This document shows positions 50,840-64,000 of a stretch of DNA of 64,000 nucleotides, piece by piece (the first letter of the stretch is position 1; the number at the start of each line of letters is the position of its first letter). The notes below the pieces were generated by a model that was not told where the DNA came from, searched no databases, and saw only the letters and a list, made by a program, of their open reading frames with translations. The DNA is from Trichosphaerium sp. ATCC 40318 (taxonomy: Eukaryota; Protista; Tubulinea). Location of the stretch: assembly GCA_038496445.1 (NCBI GenBank), contig JALMLS010000255.1, positions 558,001 to 622,000 on the forward strand, in the 5' to 3' direction. Position numbers and translations under genes: made by a program.

Positions 50840-53800
50840 TTAGTTCTTATTTTTACTCCTTTTTCTCTTGTTTATCCTTTTCATACTCTTTATCAAGTAC
50901 TTTTTGAGCCAATACACACTTATCAGTGTTGTTCTGCTTCTCGGGAATAGTAAACTCGTGATCCATGTACCACCTAAACAAATCAACTGTAAGCAATAAA
51001 ACAAAGCAAAGACCGAATTGTACATTTGTTTAATATGCTCAGAAACGTCATTAGCTGTGTCTTTCAAGACAACAATATCGCGTAGCGTTTGTCCTTTATG
51101 AGGAACATCTGAAAGGATATCCAAGAATGACTCTGTAGTAGATGGTTTGTCAATCACAATCTTTTCAATGAATGACAAAGGTACAAATGAAGGCAAGTGC
51201 ACTTCGATTTGAGTGTGGCCGTTTGTGTTTAGATAAGCCTCAATTATATCGTGAGCTGTTGGGTTTTTAATAATAGGATGAGGTTCAGAATATTTATCAG
51301 GTGATACTTTGTCGCCCAGCATTAGTTTCATTGAGCATTCAATATCCATTGCTAGAACTTCCTTCCATTTCTCTTCTGAAACGTGTAACAAGTCTCTATG
51401 ATTTAAGAAAACAGCCTTCGCAACAGTTTATTGAGGTGGAACAACAACAAAGTTCGTACCTCTGCCTTTTGACTTCTTTGTATAGTGTCATCCTATTTGA
51501 TACATTTAGCTTAAAGTCTATATGTATTCTACAACGGACCTTAGTAGACCAAGGTCTTCTGTTACTAAGAATGGATGGAGTGTAGTAGTAAATACTCGAC
51601 ATTGGAGACATGTTGCAATCCAAGTGCTTCAAAATTTCTATGCAAAGTGTCACACTTTATACATCAAAGAAAAATTAGCAACATGTTACCTTCGTTTAGA
51701 ACGATGTGTATCGGACCGTATTTGTCAAAATTGTTGGAGCCATGTGTAGCAAATACGTGCTTGTTTGTACCCATTGTCTTGTCTTTTATATTACCAAATC
51801 CAGGCGTTCTTGCTGTGAGATCTGATAAATATTTTTCACCAATCTCTTCTGAAATATCTGAAAACTAATAAGAAGCACTTAACCAGAAACCGTGTACCCC
51901 CAAGAAGCGGTATGTAAGATTCTGTTTGTAGCATTTCAACTACTTCCTTTTGAAATCTAAATAAGGTAGTTATATAAGAGAAGTAAGTTGTTCGGAGCGC
52001 TTTTCCGCGAATGTATAATTTGAGAATAAAACATAGTTTCAGTCAAAATAAATCACGTGTTGATAAGAAAATGTGTTAATTTGGCCAAGTTTACTCTACG
52101 TTCTTGTACTCATACCTTTTCTGTTTACCTGCAACATCTTCACTGATTTGCGAGAAGCGGCCAGATCGCAAAAGAACCATAAGGACACAGTAAACAACGT
52201 ACTTTACAACAAGTTTGTAGCGCTTTTTCTTTTTATCTTTAGACAATTTTTCTTTTGGAGTGTGGAGGGATAATAGTTTACTGATTTTGTGACTATTAGT
52301 AACACGCCTCCATATGTATTTTTTAGGATGTGTAGCAAATCTTTCTGAAAGCAAATCAAATCGGGATCTGAAACCACCTACAAAAAATATAAAGCTTGTG
52401 TGATTTACAGTTTCCTCACCAGAGTTGATGATCCTGATAAAAGTGGATACTGTACATCTATGAACCGGCTTACATTTCTCAAGGAATGATATTATCTCTT
52501 TATTATAACTAATTGCATAGTTGCCTAAGTGTTAAGTAACTTTAGGCATTTATCTGACAAATAGATTAAAATGGTCGTACCATTTTTTTCAATAAAGCGG
52601 AGTATTCTTCTCTTTAACGATTCTGTATTCTCACTAAAGTTGATACCATAATTTAAACCTCTGACACCACAGCCATCTTTTCTCATGTACACGTTTAGTT
52701 AAAAATGATTTCGGATTTTTTGTGGTTTTTTTTTTTTGGATACCTTTCGCTTTTATACTTGGTGTTTGTATTTCGAAGACAGAGCATCTCTGTTCAAGGG
52801 CTTTCTTGAACACTTTATATGCAGTATTGTCAAACAATACAATACGAACATGTGATAAATTAAATCCATTTTTTGATGAAAGACCAAATATAGCATTAAA
52901 CATAAATCTAGCAACAACCTCAACTGGCCATGAGCTCTCTCCAGTTCCTTGAATCAATTTAGTTAGTTCCCGTATTCTAATGGCTGACCTATTGCTGGAA
53001 AAGACACTGAGTTAAATTCTGCATCCATGCAAGCATGTAACACTTTTGATATCTGTTTGCGAAATGCTAAGTTCTGGTAGACTTCTGGATTATATTTTGG
53101 AGCAAACGCATGAACTATAGCTTCCACTCCTTGTGCTGCAAGGTTTCCACTCGGCGTTATAATACAACCTTATCAGAATTAAACAAGTAAATAGGCTAAT
53201 AATGTTACCTCCACTCTTCAAAGGACCGTTTTCAGTCACATGTACATCACACAGCGGTTGTATTCCAGCCTTGAAAACAAAGTAGTTTTAGAACAGTTGA
53301 AGAAACACTATACCTTTGATACAATCGCTTTCGCAGAACCTCCTTTATTTTTCATATGTGAGTCGCAAGGGCTCACTATTACCTCAGAGCTCTCTGCTGA
53401 GATGTCACCAACAACAAGCTCCACTTTGAGAAATAAGAGAGGGAGTAACAACAAAATTGATTTGTACCAGTAACCCCGTTCTTTGTTCCACCAATTGATT
53501 TTGTGATATTCAACGGCCATCTCCGGATGTGCCATGCATACAAAAGGGCAATTGAATGTGATTTCTGTGTTGCAATGAATCGTATCTTTCCAACAGACGA
53601 CTCATCAACTGTACTGAACACCTAAATTGAGTTAATATTAGTAAAAAAACCTGTTCTCACCTCCGTTAGTGCAAGAGCAAATGCTTTGCTTTCTTCGCTA
53701 GAACCACAACGTAACGGTATGCCAAGACTACACATTTGGAAAGACGAAGCTAGCTTCCATATATCCAAAAGTACTTCCTCTAGTTGCCTGCAATATCAAC

Positions 53801-54271
53801 GTGTTAAAAGAGAATTTTTTTTTCAATTTCACGTGCTTTCCTTCCGCTGGATTGTAAATTAAAAACCTTTCACAAGAATAACCATCCGCTGCACAAGACA
53901 CAATGCTTCTATTTTCAAGTGCTTCAAGTGCTTTTTTAATGGATCTAGGTTTTATAAGCCCACGTGATCAAAAAATAATCACGTCATAATTTTTTCTGGC
54001 GTTTTCAGAGGACGTACGAAATACAAGGATAACAGTCTTCAGCGTGTTCCCTCGTTTGTTGTTTGTTGTATTCGGTCAATAACCCTTCAGCATCATGTTT
54101 TGTGATAACAAGAGCTTCTACTCCTGTATTTTTAAGTCCCCCACATGAATAAACTTGAAGGCGAATGCCTTCCTTAGTAGTGTGGTTTGCTAGCGGCTTT
54201 CCATTGTAATTAACACCAACTAGTACTGGATCTACTTTTGTATCTTCTTCGGTACTGGGTCTATTTCCCAT
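50840..54271 (-). CDS. Myristoylated macrodomain protein with an uncharacterised C-terminal domain
   Basis: MGNRPST start. Macro motifs VGDIS, GGSAKAI, ITPSGNL, IVHAFAP, SVSFPAI|GTG and VRIVLFD. A preceding degenerate macro-like segment (SLGIPL, IRFI). Confidence 0.8.
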
Positions 54272-54847
54272 CTAGAGATATTAAATACTTGTTTAGTTAT
54301 AAAAGTCACCGCATTTCTCAGATTAATTTTTGTTCTGTCAAACTGGTTAAAGTCTTTGTCTCAGAATAGTTTTCTTGTTGAAGACCTTACTAGAATGAAA
54401 GACTTTCGTTCTTACTACGTAATATAAGAAGCCATAAAGTAGATTCCAAACGGCCCAATTGAAATGTAACTGAGGTGAAAGACGCCTCAATAATTCCCTA
54501 CAGTGTATTGGCCACTACTCTTAAATAAGTAAGAAAGTCTTACTTGTTGAAACGCTTTATTGGTGAAACCGTAACCGAATAGCTGAAAGGCTCTATTTGT
54601 GTTGTTTATTATATTGCAAAAACAGGTGGCGAAACAATTTATTACGTGCTAGTGACATGATGTGCTTCAAAACCCACTAAGAATAAATCGGGAATAACCT
54701 TTATCCTTCACTGGGCGCTGCATAGCTTACCATTGTTCAATAGCGTATTAGTCTGTTTTAGGAATAAGTAATAACCACGTAATAAAACCTAAAAAAGTGG
54801 CTTAGATTGCCTAACTTGACAACAAACAGTTCTAAACAGTTGAAATC

Positions 54848-57211
54848 ATGGCACAAGTAAAGTCTAGGCAGAAAGTCCAGGTTATGAAGACTCTAGACGT
54901 TCGTAGTAACCTTTAATTTTTATATGCTTCAAAAGCGCGTTTTAACGTTGTTTGCATAGGATGTAGTCGAAAAACCGGAACCAAACGTTAATACGAGGTA
55001 TTCAACAATTCATGTTGTTACAAAAGGCTCCACAGGCACGCTATAACGTCAAAACGGCGTCGGAATACAAAATTAGCCGTTTTATAGTCTTGCATTCACT
55101 TTAATCGAACATGGCATCAAAACAGCGTTAAGCGCCTTTTTGAGAGATTTCCGTTGTTAAAACTACGTTATACTAACCCAAGAGACTAGGCGAAATACGT
55201 CTTGCAAAGGATTTACTCACATACAGAAAAGTAGCCATCAAAAGTATAGCTATGACTAGAAAACACAACGGTGAAATAGAGGGCGAAAGGTATACGCTGT
55301 TTGTTATAAGTCAAATGAGAAAAAACCGATTTCCGTTCAATTTAGTTCAACAATTCTAATTTGTCCTAAAACGTACTAACTATAGTAATTAGTCAGCTAG
55401 TCATTGAATTAGACATATTAAAGCAGTGTAAAACGTGTCCGTACATTATAGAATACTTGAATAGCTATATTGTTGGTGACGACCTTTGTATTGTACTGGA
55501 GTGGATGAATTTGGTGCGTTTAAAACTATACCTTATTAGGAAAACGCATTAAAACTGAATTCGGTCGTTACGCGTAGTGTAAAAACCAAAGAAATGATTT
55601 GACTTGTTTTTTTTTTCTTTGATTATTTTCGTTCTTCGTTGACTTGTTTCTTTAGTACTCTCTAGCTAAAGTTCTAGAACAAAGTAAAAAGCTTAGTATT
55701 AAAATATCACAAGAGCCTACGATTGCTTATGTTTGTGAATGTGTACGTGAACTTTAAAACTTCCTTTATTTTTTTTTTTGGATTTTTTTTACCTAAAAGT
55801 TAATTGTTTTCCCCCTTGTAGATCATGATGGCTTTACATTTCTTGCACGACCTTGGAAGAATTCATAGAGATGTGAAGAGTGATAATGTACTTATTAATA
55901 GTGAAGGACGTATCAAAATAAGTACGATAAGAGTGATTAATAATAATTTTGTGTTAATGTACATAAATTTAGCTGATTTTGGCGGTTCGGCTGAGTACAC
56001 ACTCTCTCGTAAGTTTAGAGATACAATGGCCGGTACTCCGTATTGGATGGCACCAGAGGTAATAAGAAAGTGGTAAGAATTTCCTCTAATATCATTTCTA
56101 TAGGTATGCTCTGGGCTTGAGTACACACGCAAAATTGATATTTGGAGTTTGGGTTGTACTACAAAAGAAGTTGCTGAAGGTCAGCCTCCTTTTATACAAC
56201 TTCATCCAGAGGATGCTTTAAAGCAAATTAGTGAAAGTACGATACATTTAAAAACAGTTGAACAATTAACGACAAGACTCTTTTGTTAATGATATTTTTA
56301 GAGGGCGTTAAGTCTTTAGAAGAACCTGAGAGATGGTCCTTTGAATTCCGTGAATTTTTAGACTTATGTCTTCATAATGATCCGGACAAGAGACCAGAGA
56401 TATCTGAACTTCTAGAGGTACGTCCATAAATGAGAATTAAAGCAAACCTTAAAACTTGTATTCTGATTGATTTTTAATGTTTCCTTAGCATCCGTTCATC
56501 AAGTTTGCTTGCAGACAGGAGGATTTTGTAAAACTATTATTACCTATTCCACGAGAAGAAAATCACGTTCCACCTGTTTCTGTTGGACCTATAAGTCCAA
56601 CAAGTGGTAAACGTGTTACACCCATATATTTAAAGAACGGCTCTGGATATAATAGCGTGATACACGCTAATCCAATACAAGAGAATTCTCGGGATGGTTC
56701 AGGTTCAAGACGTAGGCCACGCCCTGTACGTCCTAGAAAGACCGGGTTTGTACCTATGGGATCATTGTCTGAGGAAGGACAAGGTACAGGAAGAGCAACA
56801 AATACATTCTCTCCTTTTCAACCGATAAGTGAGGAACGTGAAGGTATGCTTTGTTTTTTTGGATTGTATTTTGTGTGTATGCTTAATGTCAATATTAGGC
56901 GCAAGTGCTAGAATGAATGTTATGGAAAAGTTAAAGAAGAAACGTGTTGGTGGCCCACGGCGTTCTGCACGAGGTGTTCCTCGAAGTACGTTTTGTTAAC
57001 TCAACTTTTGTGTCATTTTTTTTTGCTAAATGACTTCTTATTAGCTCCACCAAGAGAACATCGTGAGAGATCAGAACCAAAAGAAAGGCGCAGTGGTATA
57101 CAGATTGGACAACGTGGTCAACAGAGCAATAATAGTCAATATAGAGTTGAATCAAATAGAACATCAACATCACCATCTTCAAAACGTGGTACTCAGGACT
57201 ACACACTATAA
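54848..57211 (+). CDS. STE20/PAK-like Ser/Thr kinase; 3' end uncertain
   Basis: VAIK, HRDVKSDNVL, ADFG, AGTPYWMAPE, DIWSLG, AEGQPP, HPF and a low-complexity tail. Confidence 0.92.
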
Positions 57212-57593
57212 GAATCCATAGAACCCTTGAAGAACGGAGGTTCTATTTCAGGTAGGCTTTCATAAACATTATTACCATACTAACACGTGGTTATAGAGAT
57301 GTTATTCATCGATTTTGGAGTAAAAAAGCGTTAAGATTGTTTCTCAGAAAACAAAGTAAAATAGGTCGTTCATTTGCGGCATAAAATGAACAAACGGTGT
57401 ACGAGAGTATCTTTTTTTGTAGAAAAAAAGGACGTACGCTGTGTTGTAATTGTAGAATAAAAATGCGCAACATATCTGTTGTGGCTTTCAAATAAAGAAA
57501 ATACAAAAGTTCATGTGTTGATTTTTATTACTTGTGAGTGTCATGTTTTGTTTTAGCTTGGCATGGCTGGTGGAATAAAAAGAGCTCTGTTTT

Positions 57594-59143
57594 TTAGACT
57601 ACGTTGAAGGTATAATTCTTGCCATAATTGGAATCCCAGTACGTTTTAATAGGTGTTGAGTTGAAGAACCACAACTTAAAAATAAAGGTTAAGCCCGAAT
57701 TGATTCATTGTAAAAAAAAGGTATGAGACTATTTTCTGTACCTCTATTTTTACAGTTGATTTTGGTATCACCACTGGTTTCGTGTAATACGATGTTTCAC
57801 GAGGTGGGCCTTCTCCTAGACAAAATTGAGATGAAACAGATTAAAACTATTTTTTTGCTATTACGTACCTATTTTGTTCCAGTGGAAGATGTCAAGTTGC
57901 TTAGATATTATACTCCCATTAGAAAGAATCAAATTACAACCAGCAAATATATTAACAATATGACCACCTTTATATTGATCAACTTGCGGTAAGCGCTTCC
58001 TAAAAACAGTATCAGTAAAATTCCAAGTTTTTTTTAATCAAACCTGCAAAACTTGATGATAAACGTGTCACCTCTGTATAAACGAACCATATTAATACCT
58101 TACTTCTTTCTGTACTTATTATATCCGTACTTTTTTAGGTCTTTCGTTGCCCTATGTGTCCAATATTGCGTAAAAATCAACATTGATGAATAATAAGGTC
58201 TTGCTTCTTCTGCTTTTATCTCAATAAGTCCTAAAAGATCGTTTTAGTACACGTTTATGTCACGTGATATAAATAATTGTTTTGATAATCACGTGATTAC
58301 CTGGAAACAAAAAGAGAGATGCACAAATGGGATCATCGTTTCTGTATATATTCCTGAGGTGCGCTGTTACTTCATCTCTTGTAAGTGTTCCGGTATGTTT
58401 GAAATCAAGTAATTCAAATCTTTTCTCAGCTTCTGCTTGGTCTACGCCAAAAACTGTTTGCTGAGCACAAAATTCAGTCTTATTGATACATCCAGAGTTA
58501 TCTACATCAAGGCCATTGATGACAATATCAGTGTAATCGCGTCCGACATAACTAAGTCATAGTAAAAAAGTGAGTTACAAAAAAAAAAAGTTCTCAGTCA
58601 CAAGAGCTTATCAACCGTGTTACATATTTTAACGTACGTGTTAAAGAAATGATCATCTAAGAAGACTTTATGAGTTGCAGGCTCATACCTTAGCACCAGT
58701 TAGAAAGACGAATAAAAACAAAACAGAAAAAAAGATTTTCTTTGTCACATTTTGTTGTTGTGATTCTGTCGTTACTTACTCTTCCCACGTGACGATATTA
58801 TCACCGTTCTTATCAGCAATACCTTGTAATGGTTCCCAATAAGAAAGCCAAGTGTTTTTTATTTGCTCAACCTTCTTTTCGCTTTTAACGCCCAATCTCT
58901 GTTTTAAACGATGTATTAGAATATAATTAAACGTTTTAAACTGTTTTCAAGTGACGTTACCGTTGTAATGCGTTTTGCCATTTGTAAATAATCATTCTTT
59001 GATAAATAGCCTATATAGATGATGTTAGGCCTCATTTCATTAACGTTCTTTGGTGTACCGTTATTATCTGTATCTAAAAAGTTAAATATCTTTCTAGCAC
59101 GTTGTAGTTGCCACTCTGCCGGTGATACTGGAGGGGAAGCCAT
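57594..59143 (-). CDS. EF-hand protein (SCP/aequorin-like) with a C-terminal putative carbohydrate-binding module
   Basis: RARKIFNFLDTDNNG|YLSKNDY, ADKNGDNIVTWEE, LDVDNSGCINKTEF, LDFKHTGTLTRDE. C-terminal LWFFN..YWDSNYGKNYTF. Confidence 0.75.
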
Positions 59144-59506
59144 TTTTAGAGGTACAGCACAATGTAAATGACTTTGAGACGCACAATATTGACAAGTTAA
59201 GCCAGTTTTTTCCGTTGAGCTTAAAATGCCCCGTCACGAAACATGACGTGTCATTATCAAACGGAATGAAAAAAATCAGCTTTAATGTGAATAGCCACTA
59301 TTGCTGTCTTTATTGTATGTTATCACATTAGTAACGTATGTGCGAAGACTACATTTGTGATCCACAACGTGAGTGTGTACTTACTCAAATGAGGCCCGTT
59401 CAATGGATTAATTTCTCACGTGATTTAATCAAGCCATACCGTCAATTTCCTACAAGTACACGATTTTCGGACCGCTCAACTCCGTTAAGTTTGATTGTTT
59501 AACTTA

Positions 59507-62500
59507 ATGAAGGTGCTTTTTTTAGGTTTCTTTTTGGATTAACGATTTCTGGAGCAGCTTGCATTATGCCTGGCGTAGTACTACGTACTGTGTTATCGGA
59601 GTTAATTGATTAAACCAACTGATCTTTTTGTAGGGATAGTATTCATTATAGCACTGTTTAATATCACATTAATTGATGCTGTGAGAGATGGCAATAAAAT
59701 TGTAGTCGGCTTGAGTTACACCAATTTCAGCTCAATCCCATTAATGGTACGAGCTTAAAATGATACTTAAATCCAACTATAATAAATAACGCCTTGTTTG
59801 GTAGAATATATTCGGCGTTGGTCAGTACAGAGGTATCGAACTTTGGAAAGAAACAGTAAATGCAAGAGGTGGACTATTAGTAAACGGGAAAAACTACTCT
59901 GTAAGTCCTAAATGAGTGATTGTCTACAAGGAGTAATTAATTAATACGAAGATTGAACTCGAAGCATTACAGGATGCCAGAACTTATAATACTACAGTAC
60001 CAAACTACAAACTATTAATGGCTGATTCAACTATTGATTTTTTATTTGGTACTCAATCAACATTAGAGCTCTAATGACCAACACGTGACTAGGCCCAGTT
60101 GGTTCAGCTCTAAGCGTAGCAGTTGCAAAGGAAGTAACAGAACCGGCAAAGCGATTATTGCTAGCTATTTCTGCACCAACGAATGAGATTAATGAAGGTC
60201 ATGAATATGCCTTTAGTGGCGCTCCTTTAGGCGATAGGTACGAACTAGTATTTTATGTGTAGTCAAAACCCTTAGGCTCGGGCACGTGACGATGCCTTTT
60301 CTGAGATCTCACAAAGTTAAAACTATTACTTATATAATCATGGACGAAGATGATGGTCCTGGATGCCGAGGCTTTACGGAACTAGTACGCGAATCAAACA
60401 TACTATTTGAACTTTTTAAGTTTTGTTCAGGCTCTTGAAAACGGTGTGAAGACGATTAACATCTTTACAACCGAACCTCCCGATTCGATAAACAACTTGC
60501 ATTTAAATAACTGGACAAGGGTGGTAAACGTGCGTACTCCTAGATTCAAAAAGTAAAAACAAATTGACTTTCAATCAAGAGAGCCATAGAAATAAATGCA
60601 GATGTTTTGTTTGTCTGTGGAGCTCAAAATTTAGATAGCCGCAGATGGATAATGGAAAGATTTAAAGAAATGAACTGGGTTCCAAAAGCCCTCATAGCAA
60701 TTCCTATTGTGGGTTGGGAGAGCATTAGTCCTGAGCTAACTAGATTTGTTTCCGGCACTAAATCAGTATGGAAGAATTCGCTCATGAGTATATACTAACG
60801 ATTCTACAGAACAGTGCCAAGTCAAGGCGAAGAGGTGATTTTTTTGGAACAACAGGCGACTATATTGATAGGTTAACAGAAGCTTATCCAGCACCACACC
60901 CAATAGGGGTTCAGTTTTCTACTTTAGCAACAGCAACAGCTCTCATTCTGGAGAATGCAATTGTGGTAAGCGCTACGTCTGTTAATTGTTGTTTAAATTA
61001 TAGAAAGGAAGCTAACAGTCTTGATAATGACAACGTTACATTTGCTATAAAGCTGACTGATTTGAATACATACATTGGTAGAGTAAGTTACAAAATGTTG
61101 TTTTTTTGGTTACCTTAACTTTGCAAAGCTCCGATTTTCGTCAACCAATGGTCAGCTTAATGAAGGCAGTTTTGTACAGTACATAGACACGGAGGAGGTT
61201 GTTGGACCTCTTCTCAGTGCTTCGCATGGCTTCGTGTATCCGATGCCAACGTGGGAAGAAAGAGTATTCGGAGGCGTTTTTGGTGAGTTTCTTTTCGTGC
61301 ATTGCTCTGTTTAGTTTATTGTTCAACAGGAGACTCAATATACGAAATTATAGTACTAGTGATAGTGGCTATTGCATTTATTCTAACCGCAATATTCGGT
61401 TTACACATAATTTTGAATAGGAATGAGTACAAGAGTACGAGTGTTTTCTGGTTTTTTTCTTACTGTTGTTTTGTAGGCTCGTCTCCCGTTTTCGTTATCG
61501 GTATCCTAGTAGGAGCTATTTTTATATACATTAGCACTCTGTTTAACACACCCAACAATGCTGAAACATTTGCTTGTCATATGCAGAACTGGTTTTTATT
61601 TGTAGGCGTTCACATAATGTTTGGGTACCAGCCAGTTTTTTTAATAAAGAATAGTACTAAACAAGCTGTTAGGTGCTTGTTTGCAAAATCATGGAGGGTT
61701 TACCGAATTTTCAGGGTGTCTAAGACACTTCATACTATAGCTATTTCTGATTGGCAAGTTCTTGGATGGGCTGGAGCGTTTTGTTTCGTCAGTTGTGTAT
61801 CTTCTTTTTTTTTTTTTATATTGTACCCAACATATTCTGTTGTGTTCTCCTTGACAAATAGATCATGTGCATAGTTTTTAGCGCTATTATGAAACCATCC
61901 GAAATACATATCGTTGATCCTTACAGGGTATCAAAGAACCATTACGAATGTACACTATCTACAGCTTCCAGAGTGGTACTTGATATTCAGTATATATCTT
62001 TAGTACGTTATGATTCAGCTTTCACGTGTTCTAAATTGCATAGTTGCTTGTTATGGTAATTGGAACAGTTACAGCTGTATTAATAAGGAAAGTTCCTCAG
62101 CGAGTGTTTTGTGAGAAAAAGGTAAGGTTTATCCGTTTACTTAGAAGTTTCCAAACATTTGTTTAGGTTATTTGCTATTCAATCTATAACATGACGCTCT
62201 TCATGTCAATAGCGGTCCTAGCAAAGTTCTCAATGGATGAAGATAGTGTAAGAGAACAGAAATACTTGATTCACTCTCTTTGTGTAATAGCAAGTGCAGG
62301 TACAATCAAAGAAACCAAAGGAGCCTACAAGTAATAACTAACCATGATTGTTTGTTTTTTAGGCTTCAGTGTCGCTGCAATAGCTATATTATCAAAGCGT
62401 ATAACTGGAACTCCTGAGTCTCTAAGCACACCAAGTATAGACAATCAAATAAGTCAAATGGAATCGAAGAATCTTACACAACTTGAGACCCAACTAGAAT

Positions 62501-62532
62501 TTTTACAGAAGGAGTTAGCAAAAATAAAATAA
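59507..62532 (+). CDS. Class C (GABA-B-like) GPCR with a periplasmic-binding-protein-type ectodomain
   Basis: Signal-like start. Ectodomain with NARGGLLVNGK and DFLF|GPVGS. 7TM with SSPVF, CHMQNWF, LFAKSWRVYRIF and IVDPYR. C-terminal coiled coil. Confidence 0.88.
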
Positions 62533-62915
62533 AATCAAAAGACGCCATTATAACACATTAATAAACCACTGTTTCTTTGTATACGTTTTCTCAACTTAAA
62601 TGAAACATTGCTCTAACTGGGCCTTTGTGAGGAAAACAATACGCAATCAAAAACTGCACAACTGTGTTTTTGTGTTGTCATCAAAAATGACACTTAAGAA
62701 CGCGTCTAAACTACAATTTATGTTTCCGGACAAGTCCGAAGGATAAACAGTTTTTCCCGAATACCTAATCTCCTGACATTTAGTTGTTTCGATTCCCTTA
62801 TTTAGTTAACACTGTAGTGAAGCCAAGTATTGAGCCCGATCTGGCCATTGACGATGTCATGTGATTGATTTTATAGTGCTAAAAAAAATACTATTTTTAA
62901 AGAAACATCTTGTCT

Positions 62916-64000
62916 ATGCCGCATCTACCGGTTTTATTTACACTAATAGCACTCTTGGGTGCCGTTTGCGGTACACTACGATATTTATCTCCTACAGGTA
63001 CAAAACCAAGACTCATATTACGTCGAATGACTCTTTTTTACAGGCGCTGATACTGGGGCGTGTACAGACGAAAACGTGCCATGCAGTTCTCTCGATTACG
63101 CGTTATTTTCTGCTTCGTCGCCGGGAGACGTGTTAATAATGGCGTCTGGAACCTATACAGGCACGTTTTTTACATTCTTGAGTCCAAAAAAACCAGAAAG
63201 GGCAAATACCTAATTTCGATTTCCAGGACAATCAAACACGAATATACAATGGCAACAAGGCCTTTACGACATTGAGATTAGAGGTACGATTTCGTTAATT
63301 TATACGTCGGCTAGCATTTAATAATGTGTATAAAAGGTTCGATCACGGGAGAGACCGTGATAGACGGGGAGAACATTAATTTCATGTTTTTCGTACCTAG
63401 CTGTAGTTCACCTTTTGCGCCGTACACGCAGTTTCTCAAGTTCTCGTTCATTACATTTACACGTGGCGCATGTGTTCAAAACTATCTCGTAACAACCACT
63501 GTACGTAACTAATAATATCCGAAAATACTGTTTATTGATTTGAACTAACATTTTTGATTAGTCTAATGGAACTGAAACAGTGCGTTTTGCTCAGCGAGCT
63601 GAGCTTGAAATTTAAGTTTATAATTTTGTTTTAGCTTGAACGGGGAGCATCTGTACTATATGCAAACGAAGACTGTGGGATTTCATTTGAGCACGTGATT
63701 TAAAACGATAGAAATGCCGTTTGTCTGGAAAATAATTATTGTTTAGAGACTGTTCGTTCATATCAAACTCTTGCGGTGACGTTTCATATGAAGGCGAAGA
63801 AGCTTCGCTCTATGGTGTATTAAGTGTAGAGGATTCACATTTAAACCTCACAAGGTAAATATTGTCTCACCAGAGCGATTAACCGCTACGATATTTATCA
63901 TCAACGCATTTTGCTATGAAAACGTCCACATGCTTACTATATTGTAGAGTTACTTTCAGAGACAATAATGTGTTACCAGTATTTGGTCGTGGTGTACTTC
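62916..64000 (+). CDS. Secreted right-handed beta-helix (pectin-lyase-fold-like) protein, partial
   Basis: Signal peptide MPHLPVLFTLIALLGAVCG, then YLSPT|GADTGAC....PCSSLDYAL.....GDVLIMASGTYT|G and I.GS..GETVIDGE. Confidence 0.65.

Noticed and set aside
54390-54640. CRISPR-like repeats (TGAAAG/C ends)
   Set aside because: No full-length direct repeats, no regular spacing, no cas genes, and the context is eukaryotic.

Overview
This is a gene-dense, AT-rich eukaryotic nuclear window, probably from an amoeboid protist (inferred from two GABA-B-like class C GPCRs, a Rho GTPase, a RhoGEF, a formin and an A2M-like gene). About 25 protein genes are split by many very short spliceosomal introns (roughly 28-120 nt, mostly GT-AG, some GC-AG), so the ORF track shows only fragments. 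Gene boundaries below come from my manual splicing and are approximate. Main oddities: (1) an in-frame TGA inside the catalytic domain of the lariat debranching enzyme DBR1, at a position that is Trp/Tyr in orthologs; (2) a signal-peptide-less SPRY + thioester-domain (A2M/TEP C-terminal half) fusion whose thioester motif is degenerate; (3) two intronless, paralogous F-box-like + MORN-variant repeat genes in an otherwise intron-saturated genome; (4) strong over-representation of the palindrome CACGTG, largely in introns and intergenic DNA; (5) five intergenic segments with nested stems that look like unannotated structured ncRNAs; (6) a myristoylated macrodomain protein with a possible divergent ADP-ribosyltransferase C-terminus.
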